A stretch of 25,668 nucleotides of DNA, taken from NCBI GenBank assembly GCA_964387405.1, contig CAYLXY010000001.1, positions 1 through 25,668 of the forward strand. Reading direction: 5' to 3'. The position numbers were made by a program, and so were the translations under genes. This document shows, piece by piece, positions 1-10,472 of the stretch. Under the pieces are notes generated by a model that ran no database searches, had not been told where the DNA came from, and saw only the letters and a list, made by a program, of their open reading frames with translations. The DNA is from an uncultured Clostridiaceae bacterium (lineage in GTDB: Bacteria; Bacillota; Clostridia; Peptostreptococcales; Natronincolaceae). Each line of letters begins with the position of its first letter. The first letter of the stretch is position 1.

Positions 1-40
1 ATATAAATAATTGAAATTTTAGATATCAGGAGGTAATATT

Positions 41-1783
41 ATGAGTTCTATTGTATTAAAAAACTATAATAACTGGCTAAATGAACCTTATTTTGATAAA
101 GCCACAAAAGAAGAACTAGAAGCCATAAAAGATAATGAAAAAGAAATAGAAGATAGATTTTATAAAGAATTAGAATTTGGTACTGCAGGTCTTAGGGGAG
201 TTATAGGGGCAGGAACTAATAGAATAAATAAATACATAGTAAGAAAAACAACACAAGGTTTAGCCAATTATATAAAAACACAGGGCAAAGAGGCAAAAAA
301 TCGTGGTGTAGCTATTGCATATGACAATAGACATATGTCTAGAGAATTTGCAGAAGAATGCGCATGTGTTTTAACAGCTAATGGAATAAAGGCATATCTT
401 TTCAAAGATTTAAGAACAACACCGGAGCTTTCCTTTGCTATTAGATATTTAAACTGTATTTCTGGGATAGTAATTACAGCAAGCCATAATCCACCAGAAT
501 ATAATGGCTATAAAGTATATTGGGAGGATGGGGCACAAATAGCAACAGATAGAGCAGAAGCCATAATAGACTCAATAGCATCTATTAAAGATTTTTCAAG
601 CATTGAAACACTAAATATAGACCAAGCAAAAGAAGAAGGTTTATTGATATACTTAGATGAAAAAATAGACAATGCTTATATAGAGGCAATAAAAAAGCAG
701 TCTCTAAGAGGAGACATTATAGAAGAGGTAAGAGATGACTTTAAAGTGGTTTATACACCCTTACATGGAACAGGAAATATACCTGTAAGAAGGGTACTAA
801 AGGAAATAGGATTTAATAATGTTTTTGTGGTTGCAGAGCAGGAGTTGCCTGATCCGAATTTTTCAACAGTAGAATATCCTAATCCAGAAGATAAAAAGGC
901 TTTTAAATTAGCTATAGAATTAGCTAAGGAGAAAGATGCACATTTAATTATGGGAACAGATCCAGACTGTGACAGAGTAGGGGCTATAGTAAAGGATAAA
1001 GATGAAGAGTATATAGTGCTTACAGGAAATCAAACAGGGGCACTTTTAGTTAATTATATTTTACAAGGATTGAAAGAAAAAAACAAATTACCTGAAAATG
1101 GTCTAATAATAAAAACCATAGTAACATCTGAAATGGGAACAAATATTGCTAAGGAATATAAGCTTGAAACTATAAATACATTAACAGGATTTAAATATAT
1201 AGGCGAAAAAATAAAAGAGTTTGAAAAGACAGGAGAAAAAACATTTTTATTTGGATATGAGGAAAGTTATGGCTATTTGGCTGGAACACATGCCAGGGAT
1301 AAGGATGCTGTTGTAGCATCTATGCTCATATGTGAAATGGCTGCTTATTATCATTCTAAAGATATGAACTTATATGATGCTTTAATAGACTTATATAGTA
1401 AGTATGGATATTTTCTAGAAGATTTAAAATCTATTACATTAGAAGGTAAAGATGGTTTAGAAAAGATGCAAAGTATTATGAAGTACTTTAGAACTAATAC
1501 TTTGAAAACAATTGGAGATAAGAATGTAGTATATATAGAGGATTATCAATTGCAAGAAAGAACTTGCTTACAAGGTAATTGTAAGGTAGAAGAAATAAAT
1601 TTACCTAAGGCAAATGTAATTAAATTCATATTAGAAGATGAGGGCTGGGTATGTTTAAGACCTTCAGGAACGGAACCAAAGCTTAAAGTTTACTGTGGTT
1701 TTAAGAGTAATTCAATGGAAAAAAGTAAGGAATTATTAACTACTACTATGAAATGGATGGAAGAGAAGATTAAAAAGATTTAA
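41..1783 (+). CDS. pgm: Phosphoglucomutase/phosphomannomutase (alpha-D-phosphohexomutase, PgcA-like)
   Basis: 580 aa; phosphoserine motif ITASHNP, metal loop DPDCDR, sugar loop GYEES, phosphate loop RPSGTEPK; AGGAGG RBS at 28-33. Confidence 0.93.
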   Translation: MSSIVLKNYNNWLNEPYFDKATKEELEAIKDNEKEIEDRFYKELEFGTAGLRGVIGAGTNRINKYIVRKTTQGLANYIKTQGKEAKNRGVAIAYDNRHMSREFAEECACVLTANGIKAYLFKDLRTTPELSFAIRYLNCISGIVITASHNPPEYNGYKVYWEDGAQIATDRAEAIIDSIASIKDFSSIETLNIDQAKEEGLLIYLDEKIDNAYIEAIKKQSLRGDIIEEVRDDFKVVYTPLHGTGNIPVRRVLKEIGFNNVFVVAEQELPDPNFSTVEYPNPEDKKAFKLAIELAKEKDAHLIMGTDPDCDRVGAIVKDKDEEYIVLTGNQTGALLVNYILQGLKEKNKLPENGLIIKTIVTSEMGTNIAKEYKLETINTLTGFKYIGEKIKEFEKTGEKTFLFGYEESYGYLAGTHARDKDAVVASMLICEMAAYYHSKDMNLYDALIDLYSKYGYFLEDLKSITLEGKDGLEKMQSIMKYFRTNTLKTIGDKNVVYIEDYQLQERTCLQGNCKVEEINLPKANVIKFILEDEGWVCLRPSGTEPKLKVYCGFKSNSMEKSKELLTTTMKWMEEKIKKI

Positions 1784-1800
1784 CCAGGGGGGTTAAGGGT

Positions 1801-3108
1801 ATGAGTAGAATAACTTTGGACTATTCAAAATTATCGCAATTTTTAGATAGTAAACAAATATTTAACTTGCAAAATCAAGTAAGTTTATGCCATAATATGC
1901 TTCACAAGGGAACAGGTAAGGGTAGTGAGTTTTTAGGTTGGGTAGATTGGCCAAATACATATGATAAAGAGGAATTTACAAAGATCAAACTATCTGCAGA
2001 AAAAATAAGAAAAGATTGTGATGTGTTTATAGTCTTAGGTATAGGAGGATCTTACTTAGGTGCAAGGGCTGCTATAGATATGCTTAATCATAATTTTTAT
2101 AATGAGCTAGCTAAAAACAAAAGAAATGGACCTAAAGTATATTTTGCAGGTCACAATATTAGTTCTACTTATTTAAAGGAATTATTAGATATTATTGAAG
2201 GGGAAGACATATGTATAAATGTTATATCAAAATCTGGAACGACTACAGAAACAGCACTTGCCTTCAGAATATTAAGGGAGCATATGGAAAACAAATATGG
2301 TAAGAAAGAAGCAAGTAAAAGAATATATGCAACAACAGATAAAGAAAGTGGTGCATTAAAAGAGCTAGCAAACAATGAAGGATATGAAACATTTGTAGTA
2401 CCAGATAATATTGGAGGAAGATATTCTGTATTGACTCCTGTTGGACTGCTTCCTATGGCTGTAGCTGGAATAGATATAGATCAAGTTATGGAGGGTGCTA
2501 AAACTGCCGCAGAAGATTTATCAGGTGATAATATTAAAGATAATTTTGCTTACAGTTATGCTGTTATTAGAAATATATTATATTCTATGGGTAAGACAAC
2601 TGAGATTATTGTAAACTATGAACCAAATTTATTTCATTTTGGAGAATGGTTTAAGCAGCTATTTGGAGAATCGGAAGGTAAGGATGGAGAAGGTATATTT
2701 CCTACATCTTTAAACTTTACAACAGACCTGCATTCTATGGGTCAATATATACAGGATGGCAGAAGAAATATATTTGAAACTACATTAAATGTGGAAAAAC
2801 CTAAGGAAGAAATTATAATTAAAGAGGATGAAAAAGATCTAGATGGATTAAATTATATTAGTGGTAAAACTATGGATTTTGTAAACAAAAGTGCTATGGA
2901 GGGAACTATTGCTGCCCATATAGATGGTGGAGTTCCTAATATTATTATAAATATTCCACAAATAACACCTTATTATTTTGGCTATTTAGTATATTTTTTT
3001 AAAAAGGCTTGTGGAATGAGTGGGTATTTATTAGGTGTTAATCCTTTCGATCAACCTGGTGTAGAGTCATACAAGAAAAATATGTTTAGAATATTGGGTA
3101 AAAGCTAA
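1801..3108 (+). CDS. pgi: Glucose-6-phosphate isomerase (Firmicute type)
   Basis: 435 aa; [43 protein letters not shown] and NPFDQPGVE motifs. Confidence 0.95.
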   Translation: MSRITLDYSKLSQFLDSKQIFNLQNQVSLCHNMLHKGTGKGSEFLGWVDWPNTYDKEEFTKIKLSAEKIRKDCDVFIVLGIGGSYLGARAAIDMLNHNFYNELAKNKRNGPKVYFAGHNISSTYLKELLDIIEGEDICINVISKSGTTTETALAFRILREHMENKYGKKEASKRIYATTDKESGALKELANNEGYETFVVPDNIGGRYSVLTPVGLLPMAVAGIDIDQVMEGAKTAAEDLSGDNIKDNFAYSYAVIRNILYSMGKTTEIIVNYEPNLFHFGEWFKQLFGESEGKDGEGIFPTSLNFTTDLHSMGQYIQDGRRNIFETTLNVEKPKEEIIIKEDEKDLDGLNYISGKTMDFVNKSAMEGTIAAHIDGGVPNIIINIPQITPYYFGYLVYFFKKACGMSGYLLGVNPFDQPGVESYKKNMFRILGKS

Positions 3109-3112
3109 TAAT

Positions 3113-3177
3113 GGGCGGTCAAAGATCGCCCCTGCGACCAGCATATATCAATATGTAGAGGAGACCTTTGGTCTCCT
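3113..3177. repeat. Inverted doublet of GTAG-type REP-like palindromes (REPIN-like)
   Basis: 3113-3135 read on the minus strand is GCAG-GGGCGATC-TTT-GACCGCCC; 3155-3177 on the plus strand is GTAG-AGGAGACC-TTT-GGTCTCCT. Same tag, 8-bp stem and TTT loop architecture with different stem sequences. Confidence 0.8.
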
Positions 3178-3210
3178 GTTTGGTAACACATAGTTTATAA
3201 TTGGTATCAT

Positions 3211-3324
3211 AGGGGCAGAGGCAAAAAACACGGGTCGGCATGGAAACCGACTCCTACGGTAATTTATATATATTCATTGTAGGGGCTGGTTTCCATGCCA
3301 ACCCGTAAGACTCTGTCTGCCCCT
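3211..3324. repeat. Second GTAG-type REP doublet nested inside an outer inverted repeat
   Basis: 3230-3257 (revcomp gtaggagtcggtttccatgccgacccgt) and 3279-3306 (gtaggggctggtttccatgccaacccgt) form an inverted pair; flanked by AGGGGCAGA (3211-3219) and TCTGCCCCT (3316-3324). Confidence 0.82.
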
Positions 3325-3343
3325 TGCGGCTAGGAGGTGAAAT

Positions 3344-4825
3344 ATGAGAAAAAGAGCTAGTGGAATATTACTACATATATCTTCCTTACCAGGTGACTAT
3401 GGAATAGGGGATTTTGGTAAAGAAGCATATAATTTTATTGATTTTTTAGTAGAGGCAAAACAGAAATATTGGCAGATACTACCTTTGGGTATAACTGGTT
3501 TTGGAGATTCCCCATATCAATCTTTTTCTGCATTTGCAGGTAATCCATATTTTATAGATTTAGACCAACTAATAGAATTGGGTTATATAAGTAAAAGCAA
3601 AGTAAAGGACTTTGAATTAGGCAAAGATCCTACTAAGGTTGATTATAAATTATTATATAAAAATAAAATAAAAATTTTAAGAATAGCATATGAAGCAGCA
3701 AAAGAAAAGTTGTGGGATGACCTAGAGTTATTCTATAGGAATAATTATCATTGTTGGCTAAGGGATTTTTCACTTTTTATGAGTATAAAGACTAAAAACA
3801 ATGGTATTCCATGGTCTGACTGGGATAGACATTACAAAGATTCTAATTCAAAAGAAGTTATTGATTTTGAAAAAAACAATAAAAATGAAATTTATTTTTG
3901 GATATTTACACAATTTTTCTTTTTTAATCAATGGAAAAAACTTAAAAACTATGCAAACCAAAAAGGGGTACAAATTATAGGAGATCTACCTATATATGTA
4001 TCTGAGGACAGTGCTGATGTTTGGGCAAATCCAGAATTATTTAATTTAGATGAAGAACTATGTCCTATTACAATTGCAGGTGTACCACCAGATGAGTGTT
4101 CGGCTACTGGTCAGCTTTGGGGTAATCCAGTATATGATTGGGATGAAGTGGAAAAGCGAGACTATTTATGGTGGGTACAAAGGGTGAAAAACTCATTTGA
4201 GCTTTATGATGCTTTAAGAATAGATCATTTTAGGGGTTTTGAATCCTACTGTGAGTTTGATTATGGTGCAAAGGATGCAAGGAATGAAACCTGGGTAAAA
4301 GGTCCAGGGCTTAAATTATTTGATAAAATAAAGGAAGAATTAGGGGAATTGAATATTATAGCAGAGGATTTAGGATATATAACTGAGGAAGTAGAGCAAT
4401 TAATAGAAGAAACAGGCTTTCCAAGTATGAAAGTGATTCAATTTGCCTTTGATCCAGAAAAAGATAGTGTTTATTTGCCCCACAACTATACTAATAATTC
4501 TGTGGTTTATACTGGAACTCATGACAATCCTACTGTTTTAGGATTAATAGAAGAAATGCCAGAAGAAGAATTCCAATGTGCAAAGAGATATTTAAAACTT
4601 ACAGAAGAAGAAGGATATAATTGGGGATTTATTAGAGGCGCTTGGAGTTCTCCAGCCTATTTAGCAATAGCACCTATGCAAGATTTCCTAGGTTTAGATA
4701 ATAGGGCTAGGATGAATACTCCATCTACTAGTGAGGGTAATTGGACTTGGAGAATGGAAAAAGATAGCTTAACAGAAGAATTGGTAAAAAAAATAAGGGA
4801 ATTGACTAACATATACAGGAGGTAG
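3344..4825 (+). CDS. malQ: 4-alpha-glucanotransferase / amylomaltase (GH77)
   Basis: 493 aa; SGILLHISSLP, DSPYQSFS, RIDHFRG, AEDLG, YTGTHDN, RMNTP motifs; RBS AGGAGGTGA at 3332-3340. Confidence 0.95.
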   Translation: MRKRASGILLHISSLPGDYGIGDFGKEAYNFIDFLVEAKQKYWQILPLGITGFGDSPYQSFSAFAGNPYFIDLDQLIELGYISKSKVKDFELGKDPTKVDYKLLYKNKIKILRIAYEAAKEKLWDDLELFYRNNYHCWLRDFSLFMSIKTKNNGIPWSDWDRHYKDSNSKEVIDFEKNNKNEIYFWIFTQFFFFNQWKKLKNYANQKGVQIIGDLPIYVSEDSADVWANPELFNLDEELCPITIAGVPPDECSATGQLWGNPVYDWDEVEKRDYLWWVQRVKNSFELYDALRIDHFRGFESYCEFDYGAKDARNETWVKGPGLKLFDKIKEELGELNIIAEDLGYITEEVEQLIEETGFPSMKVIQFAFDPEKDSVYLPHNYTNNSVVYTGTHDNPTVLGLIEEMPEEEFQCAKRYLKLTEEEGYNWGFIRGAWSSPAYLAIAPMQDFLGLDNRARMNTPSTSEGNWTWRMEKDSLTEELVKKIRELTNIYRR

Positions 4826-4829
4826 GATT

Positions 4830-7187
4830 TTGAAAAATATAAATAAGGTAATGGAAAGAATATCATTAGCAACTTTCGGGAGAAACTTAAAGGATTGTAA
4901 TAGTAAAGAAAAGTATGTTGTTTTATCTAAGGCTGTTATGGAAGATATTATTCCTAGGTGGATGGATTCAGAAAAAAAGTTTGATCAAAAAAGAAAAGCC
5001 TATTATTTTTCTGCTGAATACTTAATGGGTAGGGCACTTACTAATAATTTAATAAATATGAAAAACAAGAATAAAGTAGAATCTATTTTAGATGAAATGG
5101 GTATTGATTACAATTGTATAGAAGAGCAAGAAGAAGATGCAGGTTTAGGTAATGGAGGTTTGGGAAGATTAGCTGCCTGTTTTTTAGATTCTGCAGCCAC
5201 CTTAGATTATCCATTAATGGGCTATGGAATTAGATATGAGTTTGGACTTTTTAAACAGTTATTTAAAGATGGTTTTCAGGTGGAAGTAGGAGATGATTGG
5301 CTAGAATATCCAGATCCATGGTCAATAAGAAAACAATCTGAAGCTGTTAGAGTTAGCTTTGGAGATGGGGATGTTTTAGCAATTCCTTATGATACGCCTA
5401 TTATTGGATATGGACAAAATACTATAAACACTTTAAGGCTGTGGAAATCAGAATCCTTTGAAAAATTTAACTTTAGAGAATTTAATGATCAAAATTATGA
5501 CTTATCTGTTAAAAAGAAAAATGATGCAGAAAATATAACTAAAGTACTATATCCAAATGATGCTTATGAAGAAGGAAAAAAACTTAGATTAAAACAACAG
5601 TACTTCTTTGTTTCAGCATCCTTACAAGACTTAGTAAGAAAGCATAAATCTAAATATGATAGTTTTGATAACTTTGCAGACCTACATGCAATTCAATTAA
5701 ATGATACTCATCCTGCTGTAGCTATACCAGAACTAATGAGGATTTTGACAGAAGTCGAAAATATTAACTGGGATAAGGCATGGTCTATAGTAACAGATGT
5801 CTTTGCATATACAAATCATACTTTATTGGCAGAAGCATTAGAGCAGTGGTTTGTAGGATTTTACCAAAGCTTACTACCTTCTGTATATAGAATTGTAGAG
5901 AGAATTAATCATCAGCTTATGGAAGAATTAAGAGCAAAAGGTTTTAGAGAAGATGAATTAGATTGCTATAGAATTATTAACCATGATCATATTAAAATGG
6001 CTTGGCTTGCTATTTATGGTTCAAAATCTATAAATGGAGTAGCACGATTACATAGTGATCTTTTGAAAAACAAGGAATTAAATATATGGCATAGGTTAAG
6101 TCCAGAGAAATTTAATAATAAAACTAATGGTATAACCCAGAGAAGATGGCTATTAAAATCTAATCCAGAGCTATCAAATTTCATTACAGAATTGCTAGGG
6201 TCTGATGATTGGATAAAAGATTTAAGTCAGTTGAAAAATTTAGAAAAATTTATTGATGATGAAGATAAGCTTAATAAGTTTTTAGAAATTAAACATGAAA
6301 AAAAGAAAGAACTAGCAGATAGAATATTTAAAAAAGAAGGAATAAAAATAGATCCAAACTCAATATTTGATATTCAAATAAAAAGACTTCATGAGTATAA
6401 AAGGCAGTTATTAAATGCTTTTCATATACTAGATTTATATTATAGGTTTAAGAAAAACCCTGATTTGGACATAGTGCCAAGAACATTTATATTTGGAGCA
6501 AAGGCAGCACCAGGATATGTAAGAGCAAAGGGAATTATAAAATATATAAATGATATAAAACAATTGATAAATAATGACCCAGATGTTTCTGGAAAAATCA
6601 AAGTAGTATTTGTAGAAAATTACAATGTGTCTTATGCTGAATATTTATTTCCAGCAGCAGATGTGTCAGAACAAATTTCAACAGCAGGAAAAGAAGCATC
6701 TGGAACTGGTAATATGAAGTTTATGTTAAATGGTACCCCTACTATAGGAACCTATGATGGTGCAAATATAGAAATAGTAGAAGAAGCAGGAGAAGAAAAC
6801 AATTTTATATTCGGTCTTAGGGTTGAAGATATAGACAAAATTCAATGGGACTATAATCCTAGACATGACTATGAAACTATAAGTGGCTTAAAAAAGGTAG
6901 TAGACACTTTGGTAGATGGAACATTTAGCGATGGTGGTACAGGTATGTATAGGGAGATTTATGATTCTATATTGAATGGTACACACTGGCATAGACCTGA
7001 TGTTTATTATCTGATGAAAGATTTTGAAAGTTATAGAAATGCACAAGAAAATGTAAATGATGCATATAAAGATAGATTAGAGTGGGCTAAAAAATGCTGG
7101 ATGAACATGGCTAATGCTGGAAAGTTTTCTTCAGATAGAACTATCGAACAATATGCTAAAGAAATATGGGATATAGAAAAGCTATAA
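4830..7187 (+). CDS. glgP: Glycogen/maltodextrin phosphorylase (GT35)
   Basis: 785 aa, TTG start; GLGNGGLGRLAACFLDS, QLNDTHP, YTNHT, KRLHEYKRQ, PLP-lysine motif EASGTGNMKF, FSSDRTI. Confidence 0.95.
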   Translation: MKNINKVMERISLATFGRNLKDCNSKEKYVVLSKAVMEDIIPRWMDSEKKFDQKRKAYYFSAEYLMGRALTNNLINMKNKNKVESILDEMGIDYNCIEEQEEDAGLGNGGLGRLAACFLDSAATLDYPLMGYGIRYEFGLFKQLFKDGFQVEVGDDWLEYPDPWSIRKQSEAVRVSFGDGDVLAIPYDTPIIGYGQNTINTLRLWKSESFEKFNFREFNDQNYDLSVKKKNDAENITKVLYPNDAYEEGKKLRLKQQYFFVSASLQDLVRKHKSKYDSFDNFADLHAIQLNDTHPAVAIPELMRILTEVENINWDKAWSIVTDVFAYTNHTLLAEALEQWFVGFYQSLLPSVYRIVERINHQLMEELRAKGFREDELDCYRIINHDHIKMAWLAIYGSKSINGVARLHSDLLKNKELNIWHRLSPEKFNNKTNGITQRRWLLKSNPELSNFITELLGSDDWIKDLSQLKNLEKFIDDEDKLNKFLEIKHEKKKELADRIFKKEGIKIDPNSIFDIQIKRLHEYKRQLLNAFHILDLYYRFKKNPDLDIVPRTFIFGAKAAPGYVRAKGIIKYINDIKQLINNDPDVSGKIKVVFVENYNVSYAEYLFPAADVSEQISTAGKEASGTGNMKFMLNGTPTIGTYDGANIEIVEEAGEENNFIFGLRVEDIDKIQWDYNPRHDYETISGLKKVVDTLVDGTFSDGGTGMYREIYDSILNGTHWHRPDVYYLMKDFESYRNAQENVNDAYKDRLEWAKKCWMNMANAGKFSSDRTIEQYAKEIWDIEKL

Positions 7188-7282
7188 AAAACCCTTGTAA
7201 GCATTTTAATACTGTCCGACTCGGAAAGACATATAGTTTTTGAAATTTTTGAAATAGTCCTGAATAAAATAAAAAACAAGAC

Positions 7283-7327
7283 AATAATAAGAGGTATAGC
7301 TTAAATTTGCTTATACCTTTTATTATT
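7283..7327. terminator. Probable (bidirectional) intrinsic terminator after glgP
   Basis: AATAATAAGAGGTATA (7283-7298) pairs with TATACCTTTTATTATT (7312-7327) with one G-U wobble; A-rich left flank and T-rich right flank. Confidence 0.65.
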
Positions 7328-7348
7328 TGTATTTTAAACTTGTATAAT
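7320..7348 (+). promoter_or_regulatory. Possible promoter for glgB-glgC-glgD-glgA-pulA
   Basis: Perfect TATAAT at 7343-7348, just past the terminator and about 30 nt before the glgB start; -35 match is weak (TTATTA). Confidence 0.3.
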
Positions 7349-7378
7349 TTGGGTATAAGTTTTTAAAGGGGGATTATT

Positions 7379-9274
7379 ATGGAGCATAAGTATTTTTATT
7401 GGGAAGATTGGGAAGAAGATTGTTATTTATTTCATGAAGGTACATCTTATAAAAGTTATGAGTTTTTGGGAGCTCATTCTATTAACCTAGATAATAAAGA
7501 AGCAGTAAGATTTATAGTATGGGCGCCTAGGGCTAGGGAAGTATATCTTATGGGTGACTTTAATGATTGGCATGAAGAGAATCTGCCTTTGGAAAGATTG
7601 GGTCAATCAGGTTTATGGAATATTTGCCTAGAAAATGTAGAAGATTTTGATTCATATAAGTACAGAATAATTTCTTATGAGGGAGAAGTTAGAATTAAAG
7701 CAGACCCTTACGCATTTCATGCAGAAACAAAACCTAAATCAGCCTCTAAATATTACGATTTAAAAGGTTTCCAATGGGAAGATGAATCCTGGTTAAAACT
7801 AAGGGAGAAAATTTCTGATGATGAAAAACCAATGTCCATATACGAAGTGAACCTATCTTCTTGGAAAAGAAATTCAGATAATTCGGTATACTCTTATATG
7901 GAATTAGCCAAAGAGCTAGTTAGATATGTAAAAACCATGGAATTTACACATGTTGAACTTATGCCTATTATGGAACACCCCTATGATGGGTCTTGGGGCT
8001 ACCAGCAGACAGGGTACTTTTCACCAACTAGTAGGTTTGGAACACCAAAGGAATTCATGTACTTAATAAATGAATTTCATAAAAACGAAATTGGTGTAAT
8101 ACTAGATTGGGTTCCTCTTCATTTTTGCAAGGATGATCATGGCTTAGCTAGATTTGACGGGACTGAGTGTTTTGAGTCTTCAAACAAAGCTTTGGCAGAA
8201 AACAACAATTGGGGAACATTAAATTTTGACTATAGTAAACCAGAAGTGATAAGTTTTTTAATTTCAAATGCGGTATATTGGCATGACTATTATCATATAG
8301 ATGGACTTAGGATAGATGCAGTAGCCTATATGCTTTATTTAAATCATGGAGGAGAAGATATTAGAAATCAACATGGAGGCTATGAAAACCTTGAGGCTAT
8401 CGAGTTCATAAAGAAATTAAATCAAGTATTATCAGATTATTTTCCCTCTACTAAGATTATTGCAGAAGATAGTAGTGATTGGCCATTAGTTACTAGACCT
8501 GTAAAAGATGGAGGATTAGGATTTAAGTATAAGTGGAATATGGGATGGATGAATGACACCTTGGAATACATGGAAATGGATCCTATATTTAGAAAGGGCA
8601 ATCAAAATGCACTGACTTTTGGTATTACTTATTGTTTTTCTGAAAAGTATATATTGCCTTTAAGTCATGATGAAGTAGTCCATGGTAAAAAAAGTTTACT
8701 AAATAAAATGCCAGGCTCTTATGATGAAAAATTTGCAGGTCTTAGACTTTTATATCTATACATGTATGCTTACCCAGGTAAGAAGCTTTTATTTATGGGT
8801 GGAGAATTTGGACAGTTTATAGAGTGGGATGAAAAAAAGGAATTAGACTGGCATTTATTAGATTATGAAAAACATAATAAAGTACAAAGATTTATTAAGG
8901 ATTTAAATAAATTTTATAGGGAAGAAAGCTGTTTATATGAGTTAGATAATAGCTATGATGGTTTTGAGTGGTTAGAACATACTAATCATGCAGAGAGTAT
9001 TATAGCTTTTGAGAGAATAAATACTTTAGGGGAAAAGATAATAGCTATATTTAATTTTACACCAGTTGAAAGAAAGGATTATCCTATAGGTGTAGATTAT
9101 TTAGATACTTATCAAATGATATTCAATACAGATCAGGCTAAGTATGGTGGAAATTTAGCTAGGAGAATACATTATAAATCCAAAGAAGAATCTATTCATA
9201 ATAGAGAATATGCTTTAAGAGTAGATCTACCACCATTAGGGGGAATTATATTTAAAAAAAGATTAAATAAATAG
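7379..9274 (+). CDS. glgB: 1,4-alpha-glucan branching enzyme (GH13, CBM48; short-N-terminus type)
   Basis: 631 aa; FHEG, HVELMP, SWGYQ, DWVPLHF, LRIDAV, AED, LSHDEVVHGK, LFMGGEFGQ motifs. Confidence 0.96.
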   Translation: MEHKYFYWEDWEEDCYLFHEGTSYKSYEFLGAHSINLDNKEAVRFIVWAPRAREVYLMGDFNDWHEENLPLERLGQSGLWNICLENVEDFDSYKYRIISYEGEVRIKADPYAFHAETKPKSASKYYDLKGFQWEDESWLKLREKISDDEKPMSIYEVNLSSWKRNSDNSVYSYMELAKELVRYVKTMEFTHVELMPIMEHPYDGSWGYQQTGYFSPTSRFGTPKEFMYLINEFHKNEIGVILDWVPLHFCKDDHGLARFDGTECFESSNKALAENNNWGTLNFDYSKPEVISFLISNAVYWHDYYHIDGLRIDAVAYMLYLNHGGEDIRNQHGGYENLEAIEFIKKLNQVLSDYFPSTKIIAEDSSDWPLVTRPVKDGGLGFKYKWNMGWMNDTLEYMEMDPIFRKGNQNALTFGITYCFSEKYILPLSHDEVVHGKKSLLNKMPGSYDEKFAGLRLLYLYMYAYPGKKLLFMGGEFGQFIEWDEKKELDWHLLDYEKHNKVQRFIKDLNKFYREESCLYELDNSYDGFEWLEHTNHAESIIAFERINTLGEKIIAIFNFTPVERKDYPIGVDYLDTYQMIFNTDQAKYGGNLARRIHYKSKEESIHNREYALRVDLPPLGGIIFKKRLNK

Positions 9275-9314
9275 GAGAGATAATAGGAAAGTATAAAAAA
9301 GGGGTGAGCTTTCT

Positions 9315-10472
9315 ATGGTAAAAGGTAATGTAGTAGCTATGCTTTTGGCTGGAGGACAAGGGTCTAGATTAAAGTTATTAACACAAGATACAGCAAAACC
9401 TGCAGTACCCTTTGGTGGGAAATATAGAATTATAGATTTTACTCTTAGTAATGCTGCAAATTCTGGTATTGATAATATTGGAATACTGACTCAATATAAA
9501 CCTTTTGAGTTAAATGCTCATATAGGAATAGGAACATCTTGGGATTTTGATAGAAGCACAGGAGGACTTAGAATATTACCTCCTTTTACTAGTAAAACTA
9601 GTGGGAAGTGGTATACTGGTACTGCTAATTCTATTTATCAAAACATGGAATATATAGACAGTCTAAATCCAGAATATGTTCTTGTTTTATCTGCAGACCA
9701 TATATATAAAATGGATTATAAAAAGATGTTGAAATATCATATAGAAAAAGATGCCGATGTAACTATAGCAAGTATTGACGTTCCTTGGGAAGATGCTTAT
9801 ATGTTTGGTATATTAAATGTAGATTCAAATAATAAAATAGTGGAATTTGATGAAAAACCAGAAAATCCTAAAAATAATATGGCTTCAATGGGTATATATA
9901 TATTTAATTGGCATGCTCTTAAGTATTATCTTATAAAGGATAATAAAAACAAAAACTCAGAGCATGATTTTGGCAAAGATGTCTTACCTTTAATGTTAAG
10001 TGAAGAAAAGCAAATGTATGCATGGAATTTTAAAGGTTACTGGAAGGATGTAGGTACTGTTCGTAGTTATTGGGAAGCAAATATGGATTTACTAGATAAA
10101 AATAGTGGTCTTAATTTATATGACAAAAGTTGGAGAATATATACAAAAACAAAGCATCTACCACCACAATATGTAGGTAGTAGCAGCTCCATAAACAATA
10201 GTTTAATAAGTGAAGGCTGCTCGATAGAGGGAAAAATAAATAATAGTGTTATTTTTTCTGGTGCTAGTGTAGAAGAAGGAGCAATAGTTAATGATAGTAT
10301 AGTATTTAGCAATGCTGTTATTAGAAAAGGAACTATATTAGAAAAAGCTATAGTATTAGAAGGTGTAATAGTACAATTTGATGGAAAAATAGACAAAGAA
10401 TCTGAAGATGATATTTGTTTAATTGGACAAGATGATATTCTTATAGAACAGGGGGAAAAGTTATATGTTTGA
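9315..10472 (+). CDS. glgC: Glucose-1-phosphate adenylyltransferase, catalytic subunit
   Basis: 385 aa; [48 protein letters not shown]; C-terminal left-handed beta-helix repeats. Confidence 0.96.
   Translation: MVKGNVVAMLLAGGQGSRLKLLTQDTAKPAVPFGGKYRIIDFTLSNAANSGIDNIGILTQYKPFELNAHIGIGTSWDFDRSTGGLRILPPFTSKTSGKWYTGTANSIYQNMEYIDSLNPEYVLVLSADHIYKMDYKKMLKYHIEKDADVTIASIDVPWEDAYMFGILNVDSNNKIVEFDEKPENPKNNMASMGIYIFNWHALKYYLIKDNKNKNSEHDFGKDVLPLMLSEEKQMYAWNFKGYWKDVGTVRSYWEANMDLLDKNSGLNLYDKSWRIYTKTKHLPPQYVGSSSSINNSLISEGCSIEGKINNSVIFSGASVEEGAIVNDSIVFSNAVIRKGTILEKAIVLEGVIVQFDGKIDKESEDDICLIGQDDILIEQGEKLYV

Noticed and set aside
3113-3324. CRISPR-like or tRNA-like interpretation of the repeats
   Set aside because: Units are inverted and non-identical with no regular spacers, no cas genes are present, and no cloverleaf is evident.
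7195-7209. cre-like site TTGTAAGCATTTTAA upstream of glgB
   Set aside because: Mismatches at two core positions (the central CG and the terminal C) of the CcpA consensus; not supportable without conservation data.
9275-9300. Short imperfect direct repeat ATAGGAGAGATA / ATAGGAAAGTATA between glgB and glgC
   Set aside because: Purine-rich low-complexity sequence, not distinguishable from background.
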